Shown in pieces: positions 23,501-35,400 of a stretch of DNA of 64,000 bases. The DNA comes from the human T2T-CHM13v2.0 reference genome, Homo sapiens. The notes beneath the pieces are model-generated. The model worked only from the letters and a program-made list of their open reading frames with translations. It had not been told where the DNA came from and searched no databases. The stretch lies in the NCBI RefSeq assembly GCF_009914755.1, contig NC_060928.1, one strand, 5' to 3'. A program made the position numbers and the translations under genes. Within the stretch, counting starts at the first letter, position 1; each line of letters opens with the position of its first letter.

Positions 23501-26500
23501 TCTAGACGGAAGCATTCTCAGAAACTGCTTTGTGATGTTTGCATTCAAGTCACAGAGTTGAATATTCCCTTTTATAGAGTAGGTTTGAAACACTCTTTTG
23601 GCACTACCTGGAAGTGGATATTTCGAGCTCTTTGAGGCCTATGGTTAAAAGGAAATATCTTCCCATAAAAACTAGACAGAAGCCGTCTCAGAAAGTTGTT
23701 TGTGATGTGTGTATTCAACTAACAGAGTTGAACATTTCTGTTACAGAGCAATTTTAAAACACTCTTTTTGTGGAATCTGAAAGTGGATAATTGGATAGCT
23801 TTGTGGATTTCGTTGGAAACGGGATGACGTATAAAATCTAGAGAGAAGCATTCTCAGGAACTTCTTTCTGATGTTTGCATTCAAGTCACAGAATTGAACA
23901 TTCCCTTTCATAGAGCAGGTTTGAAACACTCTTTCTCTAGTATCTGGAAGTGGGCATTTCAAGCGCTTTCAGGCCTATGGAGAGAAAGGAAATACCTTCA
24001 AATAAAAACTAGACAGAAGCATTCTCAGAAACTTATTTGTGATGTGTGTCCTCAACTAACAGAGTTGAACCTTTGTTTTGATACAGCATTTTGGAAACAC
24101 TCCTTTTGTAGGATCTGCAGGTGGATATTTGGATAGATTTTAAGATTTCGTTGGAAACGGGAGTTTCTTCATAGAAACTCAAGACAGATGCATTCTCAGA
24201 AACATCTCTGTGATGTTTGCATTCCACTCATAGAGTTGAAAACTTCCTTTCATAGAGCAGGTTTGAAACACTCTTTTTGTAATATTTGGAAGTGGACATT
24301 TGCAGCGCTTTGAGGCCTATGGTGAAAAAGGAAATATCTTCTCATAAAAACCAGAAACAAGCATTCTCAGAAACTTCTTTTTGATGTGTGTACTCAAGTA
24401 ACAGAGTTGAACCTTCCTTTTGACACAGCAGTTTTGAAACAATCTTTTTGTAGAATCTGCAAGTGGATATTTGGATAGCTTTGAGGATTTCGTTGGAAAC
24501 GGGATATCTTCATATAAAATCTAGACAGAAGCATTCTCAGAAACTTCTTTGTGCTGTATGTCCTCAATTAACAGAGTTGAACCATTGCTTGGATACAGCA
24601 TTTTGGAAACATTCCTTGAGTAGAATCTGCAAGTTGATATTGAGATAGATTTGAAGATTTCGTTGGAAAAGGGAATATCTCCATATAAAATCTAGACGGA
24701 AGCATTCTCAGAAACTGCTTTGTGATGTTTCCATTCAAGTCACAGAGTTGAATATTCCCTTTTATAGAGCACGTTTGAAACACTCTTTCTGCACTATCTG
24801 GAAGTGGACATTTCGAGCGCTTTGAGGCCTATGGTGAAAAAGGAAATATCTTCCCATAAAAACTAGACAGAAGCATTCTCAGAAACTTGTTTGTGATGTG
24901 TGTATTCAACTAACAGAGTTGAACTTTTGTTTTTACAGAGCCGTTTTAAAACACTCTTTGTGGAATCAGAAAGTGGATATTCGGATGGCTCTGAGGATTT
25001 CGTTGGAAGCGGGATTACATATAAAATCTAGAGAGAAGCATTCTCAGGAACTTCTTTGTGATGTTTGCATTGAAGTCACAGAATTGAACATTCACTTTGA
25101 TAGAGCAGGTTTGAAACACTCATTCTGTAGTATCTGGAAGTGGACATTTCAAGCGCTTTCAGGCCTATGGTGAGAAAGGAAATATCTTCGAATAAAAACT
25201 AGACAGAAGCATCCTCAGAAACTTATTTGTGATGTGTGTCCTCAACTAACAGAGTTGAAACTTTGTTTTGATACAGCATTTTGGAAACATTCTTTTTGTA
25301 GAATCTGCAGGTGGATATTTGGATAGCTTAGAGGGATTCGTTGGAAAGGGGATATCTTCATATAAAATCTAGACAGAAGCATTCTCAGAAACTTATTTGT
25401 GATGTGTGTCCTCAACTAACAGAGTTGAACCTTGGTTTTGATACAGCATTTTGGAAACGCTCCTTTTGTAGAATCTGCAGGTGGATATGTGGATAGCTCT
25501 GAAGATTTCGTTGGAAACGGGAATTTCTTCATATAAAATCAAACAGAAGCATTCTCAGAAACTTCTCAGTGATGTTTGCATTCAGCTCATGGAGTTGAAC
25601 ACTTCCTTTCATAGAGCCGGTTTGAAACACTCTTTCTGCACTACCTGGAAGAGGACATTTCGAGCGCTTTGAGTCCTATGGTGAAAAAGGAAATATCTTC
25701 TCATAAAAACCAGAAAGAAGCATTCTCAGAAACTTCTTTGTGTTGTGTGTACTCATGTAACAGTGTTGAACCATCCTTTTGACAGAGCAGTTTTGAAACA
25801 CTCTTTTTGTAGAATCTGCAAGTGGATATTTGGATAGCTTTGAGGATTTCGTTGGAAACGGGATGACATATAATATCTAGAGAGAAGCATTCTCAGGAAC
25901 TTCTTTGTGATGTTTGCATTCAAGTCACAGAATTGAACATTCCCTTTCATAGAGCAGGTTTGAAACACTCTTTCTCTAGTATCTGGAAGTGGGCATTTCA
26001 AGCGCTTTCAGGCCTATGGAGAGAAAGGAAATACCTTCAAATAAAAACTAGACAGAAGCATTCTCAGAAACTTATTTGTGATGTGTGTCCTCAACTAACA
26101 GAGTTGAACCTTTGTTTTGATACAGCATTTTGGAAACACTCCTTTTGTAGAATCTGCAGGTGGATATTTGGATAACTTTGAAGATTTCGTTGGAAACCGG
26201 AATATCTTCATATAAAATCAAGACAGAAGCATTCTCGGAAACATCTCTGTGATGTTTGCATTCAACTCAGTAGAGTTGAACACTTCCTTTCATAGAGCCG
26301 GTTTGAAACACTCTTTCTGCACTACCTGGAAGCGGACATTTCGAGCGCTTTGAGGCCTATGGTGAAAAAGGAAATATCTTCTCATAAAAACCAGAAAGAA
26401 GCATTCTCAGAAACTTCTTTGTGTTGTGTGTACTCAAGTAACAGTGTTGAACCTTCCTTTTGACACAGCAGTTTTGAAACACTCTTTTGGTAGAATCTGC

Positions 26501-29416
26501 AAGTGGATATTTGGATAGCTTTGAGGATTTCGTTGGAAACGGGTTATCTTCATATAAAATCCAGACAGGAGCATTCTCAGAAACTTCTTTGTGCTGCATG
26601 TCCTCAATTCACAGAGCTGAACCTTTGTTTGGATACAGCATTTTGGAAACATTCCTTTAGTAGAATCTGCAAGTTGATATTTAGATAGCTTTGAAGATTT
26701 CGTTGGAAACGGGAATATCTTCATAGAAAATCTAGACGGAAGCATTCTCAGAAACTGCTTTGTGATGTTTGCATTCAAGTCACAGAGTTGAATATTCCCT
26801 TTTATAGAGTAGGTTTGAAACACTCTTTTGGCACTACCTGGAAGTGGATATTTCGAGCTCTTTGAGGCCTATGGTTAAAAGGAAATATCTTCCCATAAAA
26901 ACTAGACAGAAGCCGTCTCAGAAACTTGTTTGTGATGTGTGTATTCAACTAACAGAGTTGAACATTTCTGTTACAGAGCAATTTTAAAACACTCTTTTTG
27001 TGGAATCTGAAAGTGGATAATTGGATAGCTTTGTGGATTTCGTTGGAAACGGGATGACGTATAAAATCTAGAGAGAAGCATTCTCAGGAACTTCTTTCTG
27101 ATGTTTGCATTCAAGTCACAGAATTGAACATTCCTTTTCATAGTGCAGGTTTGAAACACTCTTTCTGTAGTATCTGGAAGTGGACATTTCAAGCGCTTTC
27201 AGGCCTACGGGGAGAAAGGAAATATCTTCAAATAAAAACTAGACAGAAGGATTCTCAGAAACTTATTTGTGATGTGTGTCCTAAACGAACACAGTTGAAC
27301 CTTTGTTTTGATACAGCATTTTGGAAACACTCCTTTTGTAGGATCTGCAGGTGGATATTTGGATAGATTTTAAGATTTCGTTGGAAACGGGAGTTTCTTC
27401 ATAGAAACTCAAGACAGATGCATTCTCAGAAACATCTCTGTGATGTTTGCATTCCACTCATAGAGTTGAAAACTTCCTTTCATAGAGCAGGTTTGAAACA
27501 CTCTTTTTGTAATATTTGGAAGTGGACATTTGCAGCGCTTTGAGGCCTATGGTGAAAAAGGAAATAGCTTCTCATAAAAACCAGAAAGAAGCATTCTCAG
27601 AAACTTCTTTGTGTTGTGTGTACTCAAGTAACAGTGTTGAACCTTCCTTTTGACACAGCAGTTTTGAAACACTCTTTTGGTAGAATCTGCAAGTGGATAT
27701 TTGGATAGCTTTGAGGATTTCGTTGGAAACGGGTTATCTTCATATAAAATCCAGACAGGAGCATTCTCAGAAACTTCTTTGTGCTGCATGTCCTCAATTC
27801 ACAGAGCTGAACCTTTGTTTGGATACAGCATTTTGGAAACATTCCTTTAGTAGAATCTGCAAGTTGATATTTAGATAGCTTTGAAGATTTCGTTGGAAAC
27901 GGGAATATCTTCATAGAAAATCTAGACGGAAGCATTCTCAGAAACTGCTTTGTGATGTTTGCATTCAAGTCACAGAGTTGAATATTCCCTTTTATAGAGT
28001 AGGTTTGAAACACTCTTTTGGCACTACCTGGAAGTGGATATTTCGAGCTCTTTGAGGCCTATGGTTAAAAGGAAATATCTTCCCATAAAAACTAGACAGA
28101 AGCCGTCTCAGAAAGTTGTTTGTGATGTGTGTATTCAACTAACAGAGTTGAACATTTCTGTTACAGAGCAATTTTAAAACACTCTTTTTGTGGAATCTGA
28201 AAGTGGATAATTGGATAGCTTTGTGGATTTCGTTGGAAACGGGATGACGTATAAAATCTAGAGAGAAGCATTCTCAGGAACTTCTTTCTGATGTTTGCAT
28301 TCAAGTCACAGAATTGAACATTCCCTTTCATAGAGCAGGTTTGAAACACTCTTTCTCTAGTATCTGGAAGTGGGCATTTCAAGCGCTTTCAGGCCTATGG
28401 AGAGAAAGGAAATACCTTCAAATAAAAACTAGACAGAAGCATTCTCAGAAACTTATTTGTGATGTGTGTCCTCAACTAACAGAGTTGAACCTTTGTTTTG
28501 ATACAGCATTTTGGAAACACTCCTTTTGTAGGATCTGCAGGTGGATATTTGGATAGATTTTAAGATTTCGTTGGAAACGGGAGTTTCTTCATAGAAACTC
28601 AAGACAGATGCATTCTCAGAAACATCTCTGTGATGTTTGCATTCCACTCATAGAGTTGAAAACTTCCTTTCATAGAGCAGGTTTGAAACACTCTTTTTGT
28701 AATATTTGGAAGTGGACATTTGCAGCGCTTTGAGGCCTATGGTGAAAAAGGAAATATCTTCTCATAAAAACCAGAAACAAGCATTCTCAGAAACTTCTTT
28801 TTGATGTGTGTACTCAAGTAACAGAGTTGAACCTTCCTTTTGACACAGCAGTTTTGAAACAATCTTTTTGTAGAATCTGCAAGTGGATATTTGGATAGCT
28901 TTGAGGATTTCGTTGGAAACGGGATATCTTCATATAAAATCTAGACAGAAGCATTCTCAGAAACTTCTTTGTGCTGTATGTCCTCAATTAACAGAGTTGA
29001 ACCATTGCTTGGATACAGCATTTTGGAAACATTCCTTGAGTAGAATCTGCAAGTTGATATTGAGATAGATTTGAAGATTTCGTTGGAAAAGGGAATATCT
29101 CCATATAAAATCTAGACGGAAGCATTCTCAGAAACTGCTTTGTGATGTTTCCATTCAAGTCACAGAGTTGAATATTCCCTTTTATAGAGCACGTTTGAAA
29201 CACTCTTTCTGCACTATCTGGAAGTGGACATTTCGAGCGCTTTGAGGCCTATGGTGAAAAAGGAAATATCTTCCCATAAAAACTAGACAGAAGCATTCTC
29301 AGAAACTTGTTTGTGATGTGTGTATTCAACTAACAGAGTTGAACTTTTGTTTTTACAGAGCCGTTTTAAAACACTCTTTTTGTGGAATCAGAAAGTGGAT
29401 ATTCGGATGGCTCTGA
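20575..29416 (+). repeat. Two 26-mer HOR variants (4420 and 4422 bp; 19-mer plus an internal 1190-bp 7-monomer duplication)
   Basis: Marker at 20575, 24995, 29417. The single-copy motifs GGAAACGGGTTATC and TTCGAGCTCTTTG occur twice per unit, 1190 bp apart (ORFs 22014/23204 and 26434/27624). Confidence 0.95.
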
Positions 29417-32400
29417 GGATTTCGTTGGAAGCGGGATTACATATAAAATCTAGAGAGAAGCATTCTCAGGAACTTCTTTGTGATGTTTGCATTGAAGTCA
29501 CAGAATTGAACATTCACTTTGATAGAGCAGGTTTGAAACACTCATTCTGTAGTATCTGGAAGTGGACATTTCAAGCGCTTTCAGGCCTATGGTGAGAAAG
29601 GAAATATCTTCGAATAAAAACTAGACAGAAGCATCCTCAGAAACTTATTTGTGATGTGTGTCCTCAACTAACAGAGTTGAAACTTTGTTTTGATACAGCA
29701 TTTTGGAAACACTCTTTTTGTAGAATCTGCAGGTGGATATTTGGATAGCTTAGAGGGATTCGTTGGAAAGGGGATATCTTCATATAAAATCTAGACAGAA
29801 GCATTCTCAGAAACTTATTTGTGATGTGTGTCCTCAACTAACAGAGTTGAACCTTGGTTTTGATACAGCATTTTGGAAACACTCCTTTTGTAGAATCTGC
29901 AGGTGGATATGTGGATAGCTCTGAAGATTTCGTTGGAAACGGGAATTTCTTCATATAAAATCAAACAGAAGCATTCTCAGAAACTTCTCAGTGATGTTTT
30001 CATTCAGCTCATGGAGTTGAACACTTCCTTTCATAGAGCCGGTTTGAAACACTCTTTCTGCACTACCTGGAAGAGGCCATTTCGAGCGCTTTGAGTCCTA
30101 TGGTGAAAAAGGAAATATCTTCTCATAAAAACCAGAAAGAAGCATTCTCAGAAACTTCTTTGTGTTGTGTGTACTCATGTAACAGTGTTGAACCATCCTT
30201 TTGACAGAGCAGTTTTGAAACACTCTTTTTGTAGAATCTGCAAGTGGATATTTGGATAGCTTTGAGGATTTCGTTGGAAACGGGATGACATATAATATCT
30301 AGAGAGAAGCATACTCAGGAACTTCTTTGTGATGTTTGCATTCAAGTCACAGAATTGAACATTCCCTTTCATAGAGCAGGTTTGAAACACTCTTTCTCTA
30401 GTATCTGGAAGTGGGCATTTCAAGCGCTTTCAGGCCTATGGAGAGAAAGGAAATACCTTCAAATAAAAACTAGACAGAAGCATTCTCAGAAACTTATTTG
30501 TGATGTGTGTCCTCAACTAACAGAGTTGAACCTTTGTTTTGATACAGCATTTTGGAAACACTCCTTTTGTAGAATCTGCAGGTGGATATTTGGATAACTT
30601 TGAAGATTTCGTTGGAAACCGGAATATCTTCATATAAAATCAAGACAGAAGCATTCTCGGAAACATCTCTGTGATGTTTGCATTCAACTCAGTAGAGTTG
30701 AACACTTCCTTTCATAGAGCCGGTTTGAAACACTCTTTCTGCACTACCTGGAAGCGGACATTTCGAGCGCTTTGAGGCCTATGGTGAAAAAGGAAATATC
30801 TTCTCATAAAAACCAGAAAGAAGCATTCTCAGAAACTTCTTTGTGTTGTGTGTACTCAAGTAACAGTGTTGAACCTTCCTTTTGACACAGCAGTTTTGAA
30901 ACACTCTTTTGGTAGAATCTGCAAGTGGATATTTGGATAGCTTTGAGGATTTCATTGGAAACGGGTTATCTTCATATAAAATCCAGACAGGAGCATTCTC
31001 AGAAACTTCTTTGTGCTGCATGTCCTCAATTCACAGAGCTGAACCTTTGTTTGGATACAGCATTTTGGAAACATTCCTTTAGTAGAATCTGCAAGTTGAT
31101 ATTTAGATAGCTTTGAAGATTTCGTTGGAAACGGGAATATCTTCATAGAAAATCTAGACGGAAGCATTCTCAGAAACTGCTTTGTGATGTTTGCATTCAA
31201 GTCACAGAGTTGAATATTCCCTTTTATAGAGTAGGTTTGAAACACTCTTTCGGCACTACCTGGAAGTGGATATTTCGAGCTCTTTGAGGCCTATGGTTAA
31301 AAGGAAATATCTTCCCATAAAAACTAGACAGAAGCCGTCTCAGAAACTTGTTTGTGATGTGTGTATTCAACTAACAGAGTTGAACATTTCTGTTACAGAG
31401 CAATTTTAAAACACTCTTTTTGTGGAATCTGAAAGTGGATAATTGGATAGCTTTGTGGATTTCGTTGGAAACGGGATGACGTATAAAATCTAGAGAGAAG
31501 CATTCTCAGGAACTTCTTTCTGATGTTTGCATTCAAGTCACAGAATTGAACATTCCTTTTCATAGTGCAGGTTTGAAACACTCTTTCTGTAGTATCTGGA
31601 AGTGGACATTTCAAGCGCTTTCAGGCCTACGGGGAGAAAGGAAATATCTTCAAATAAAAACTAGACAGAAGGATTCTCAGAAACTTATTTGTGATGTGTG
31701 TCCTAAACGAACACAGTTGAACCTTTGTTTTGATACAGCATTTTGGAAACACTCCTTTTGTAGGATCTGCAGGTGGATATTTGGATAGATTTTAAGATTT
31801 CGTTGGAAACGGGAGTTTCTTCATAGAAACTCAAGACAGATGCATTCTCAGAAACATCTCTGTGATGTTTGCATTCCACTCATAGAGTTGAAAACTTCCT
31901 TTCATAGAGCAGGTTTGAAACACTCTTTTTGTAATATTTGGAAGTGGACATTTGCAGCGCTTTGAGGCCTATGGTGAAAAAGGAAATATCTTCTCATAAA
32001 AACCAGAAACAAGCATTCTCAGAAACTTCTTTTTGATGTGTGTACTCAAGTAACAGAGTTGAACCTTCCTTTTGACACAGCAGTTTTGAAACAATCTTTT
32101 TGTAGAATCTGCAAGTGGATATTTGGATAGCTTTGAGGATTTCGTTGGAAACGGGATATCTTCATATAAAATCTAGACAGAAGCATTCTCAGAAACTTCT
32201 TTGTGCTGTATGCCCTCAATTAACAGAGTTGAACCATTGCTTGGATACAGCATTTTGGAAACATTCCTTGAGTAGAATCTGCAAGTTGATATTTAGATAG
32301 ATTTGAAGATTTCGTTGGAAAAGGGAATATCTCCATATAAAATCTAGAGGGAAGCATTCTCAGAAACTGCTTTGTGATGTTTCCATTCAAGTCACAGAGT

Positions 32401-35400
32401 TGAATATTCCCTTTTATAGAGCACGTTTGAAACACTCTTTCTGCACTATCTGGAAGTGGACATTTCGAGCGCTTTGAGGCCTATGGTGAAAAAGGAAATA
32501 TCTTCCCATAAAAACTAGACAGAAGCATTCTCAGAAACTTGTTTGTGATGTGTGTATTCAACTAACAGAGTTGAACTTTTGTTTTTACAGAGCCGTTTTA
32601 AAACACTCTTTTTGTGGAATCAGAAAGTGGATATTCGGATGGCTCTGAGGATTTCGTTGGAAGCGGGATTACATATAAAATCTAGAGAGAAGCATTCTCA
32701 GGAACTTCTTTGTGATGTTTGCATTGAAGTCACAGAATTGAACATTCACTTTGATAGAGCAGGTTTGAAACACTCATTCTGTAGTATCTGGAAGTGGACA
32801 TTTCAAGCGCTTTCAGGCCTATGGTGAGAAAGGAAATATCTTCGAATAAAAACTAGACAGAAGCATCCTCAGAAACTTATTTGTGATGTGTGTCCTCAAC
32901 TAACAGAGTTGAAACTTTGTTTTGATACAGCATTTTGGAAACACTCTTTTTGTAGAATCTGCAGGTGGATATTTGGATAGCTTAGAGGGATTCGTTGGAA
33001 AGGGGATATCTTCATATAAAATCTAGACAGAAGCATTCTCAGAAACTTATTTGTGATGTGTGTCCTCAACTAACAGAGTTGAACCTTGGTTTTGATACAG
33101 CATTTTGGAAACACTCCTTTTGTAGAATCTGCAGGTGGATATGTGGATAGCTCTGAAGATTTCGTTGGAAACGGGAATTTCTTCATATAAAATCAAACAG
33201 AAGCATTCTCAGAAACTTCTCAGTGATGTTTGCATTCAGCTCATGGAGTTGAACACTTCCTTTCATAGAGCCGGTTTGAAACACTCTTTCTGCACTACCT
33301 GGAAGAGGACATTTCGAGAGCTTTGAGTCCTATGGTGAAAAAGGAAATATCTTCTCATAAAAACCAGAAAGAAGCATTCTCAGAAACTTCTTTGTGTTGT
33401 GTGTACTCATGTAACAGTGTTGAACCATCCTTTTGACAGAGCAGTTTTGAAACACTCTTTTTGTAGAATCTGCAAGTGGATATTTGGATAGCTTTGAGGA
33501 TTTCGTTGGAAACGGGATGACATATAATATCTAGAGAGAAGCATACTCAGGAACTTCTTTGTGATGTTTGCATTCAAGTCACAGAATTGAACATTCCCTT
33601 TCATAGAGCAGGTTTGAAACACTCTTTCTCTAGTATCTGGAAGTGGGCATTTCAAGCGCTTTCAGGCCTATGGAGAGAAAGGAAATACCTTCAAATAAAA
33701 ACTAGACAGAAGCATTCTCAGAAACTTATTTGTGATGTGTGTCCTCAACTAACAGAGTTGAACCTTTGTTTTGATACAGCATTTTGGAAACACTCCTTTT
33801 GTAGAATCTGCAGGTGGATATTTGGATAACTTTGAAGATTTCGTTGGAAACCGGAATATCTTCATATAAAATCAAGACAGAAGCATTCTCGGAAACATCT
33901 CTGTGATGTTTGCATTCAGCTCAGTAGAGTTGAACACTTCCTTTCATAGAGCAGGTTTGAAACACTCTTTCTGCACTACCTGGAAGCGGACATTTCGAGC
34001 GCTTTGAGGCCTATGGTGAAAAAGGAAATATCTTCTCATAAAAACCAGAAAGAAGCATTCTCAGAAACTTCTTTGTGTTGTGCGTACTCAAGTAACAGTG
34101 TTGAACCTTCCTTTTGACACAGCAGTTTTGAAACACTCTTTTGGTAGAATCTGCAAGTGGATATTTGGATAGCTTTGAGGATTTCGTTGGAAACGGGTTA
34201 TCTTCATATAAAATCCAGACAGGAGCATTCTCAGAAACTTCTTTGTGCTGCATGTCCTCAATTCACAGAGCTGAACCTTTGTTTGGATACAGCATTTTGG
34301 AAACATTCCTTTAGTAGAATCTGCAAGTTGATATTTAGATAGCTTTGAAGATTTCGTTGGAAACGGGAATATCTTCATAGAAAATCTAGACGGAAGCATT
34401 CTCAGAAACTGCTTTGTGATGTTTGCATTCAAGTCACAGAGTTGAATATTCCCTTTTATAGAGTAGGTTTGAAACACTCTTTTGGCACTACCTGGAAGTG
34501 GATATTTCGAGCTCTTTGAGGCCTATGGTTAAAAGGAAATATCTTCCCATAAAAACTAGACAGAAGCCGTCTCAGAAACTTGTTTGTGATGTGTGTATTC
34601 AACTAACAGAGTTGAACATTTCTGTTACAGAGCAATTTTAAAACACTCTTTTTGTGGAATCTGAAAGTGGATAATTGGATAGCTTTGTGGATTTCGTTGG
34701 AAACGGGATGACGTATAAAATCTAGAGAGAAGCATTCTCAGGAACTTCTTTGTGATGTTTGCATTCAAGTCACAGAATTGAACATTCCCTTTCATAGAGC
34801 AGGTTTGAAACACTCTTTCTGTAGTATCTGGAAGTGGGCATTTCAAGCGCTTTCAGGCCTACGGGGAGAAAGGAAATATCTTCAAATAAAAACTAGACAG
34901 AAGGATTCTCAGAAACTTATTTGTGATGTGTGTCCTAAACGAACACAGTTGAACCTTTGTTTTGATACAGCATTTTGGAAACACTCCTTTTGTAGGATCT
35001 GCACGTGGATATTTGGATAGATTTTAAGATTTCGTTGGAAACGGGAGTTTCTTCATAGAAACTCAAGACAGATGCATTCTCAGAAACATCTCTGTGATGT
35101 TTGCATTCCACTCATAGAGTTGAAAACTTCCTTTCATAGAGCAGGTTTGAAACACTCTTTTTGTAATATTTGGAAGTGGACATTTGCAGCGCTTTGAGGC
35201 CTATGGTGAAAAAGGAAATATCTTCTCATAAAAACCAGAAACAAGCATTCTCAGAAACTTCTTTTTGATGTGTGTACTCAAGTAACAGAGTTGAACCTTC
35301 CTTTTGACACAGCAGTTTTGAAACAATCTTTTTGTAGAATCTGCAAGTGGATATTTGGATAGCTTTGAGGATTTCGTTGGAAACGGGATATCTTCATATA

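Noticed and set aside
20478-25173. Altered ORF N-terminus (MCIQLTELNF...) at 20478 and 24898 as a possible programmed frameshift
   Set aside because: It is only the effect of the 2-bp T-run deletion on a spurious ORF.
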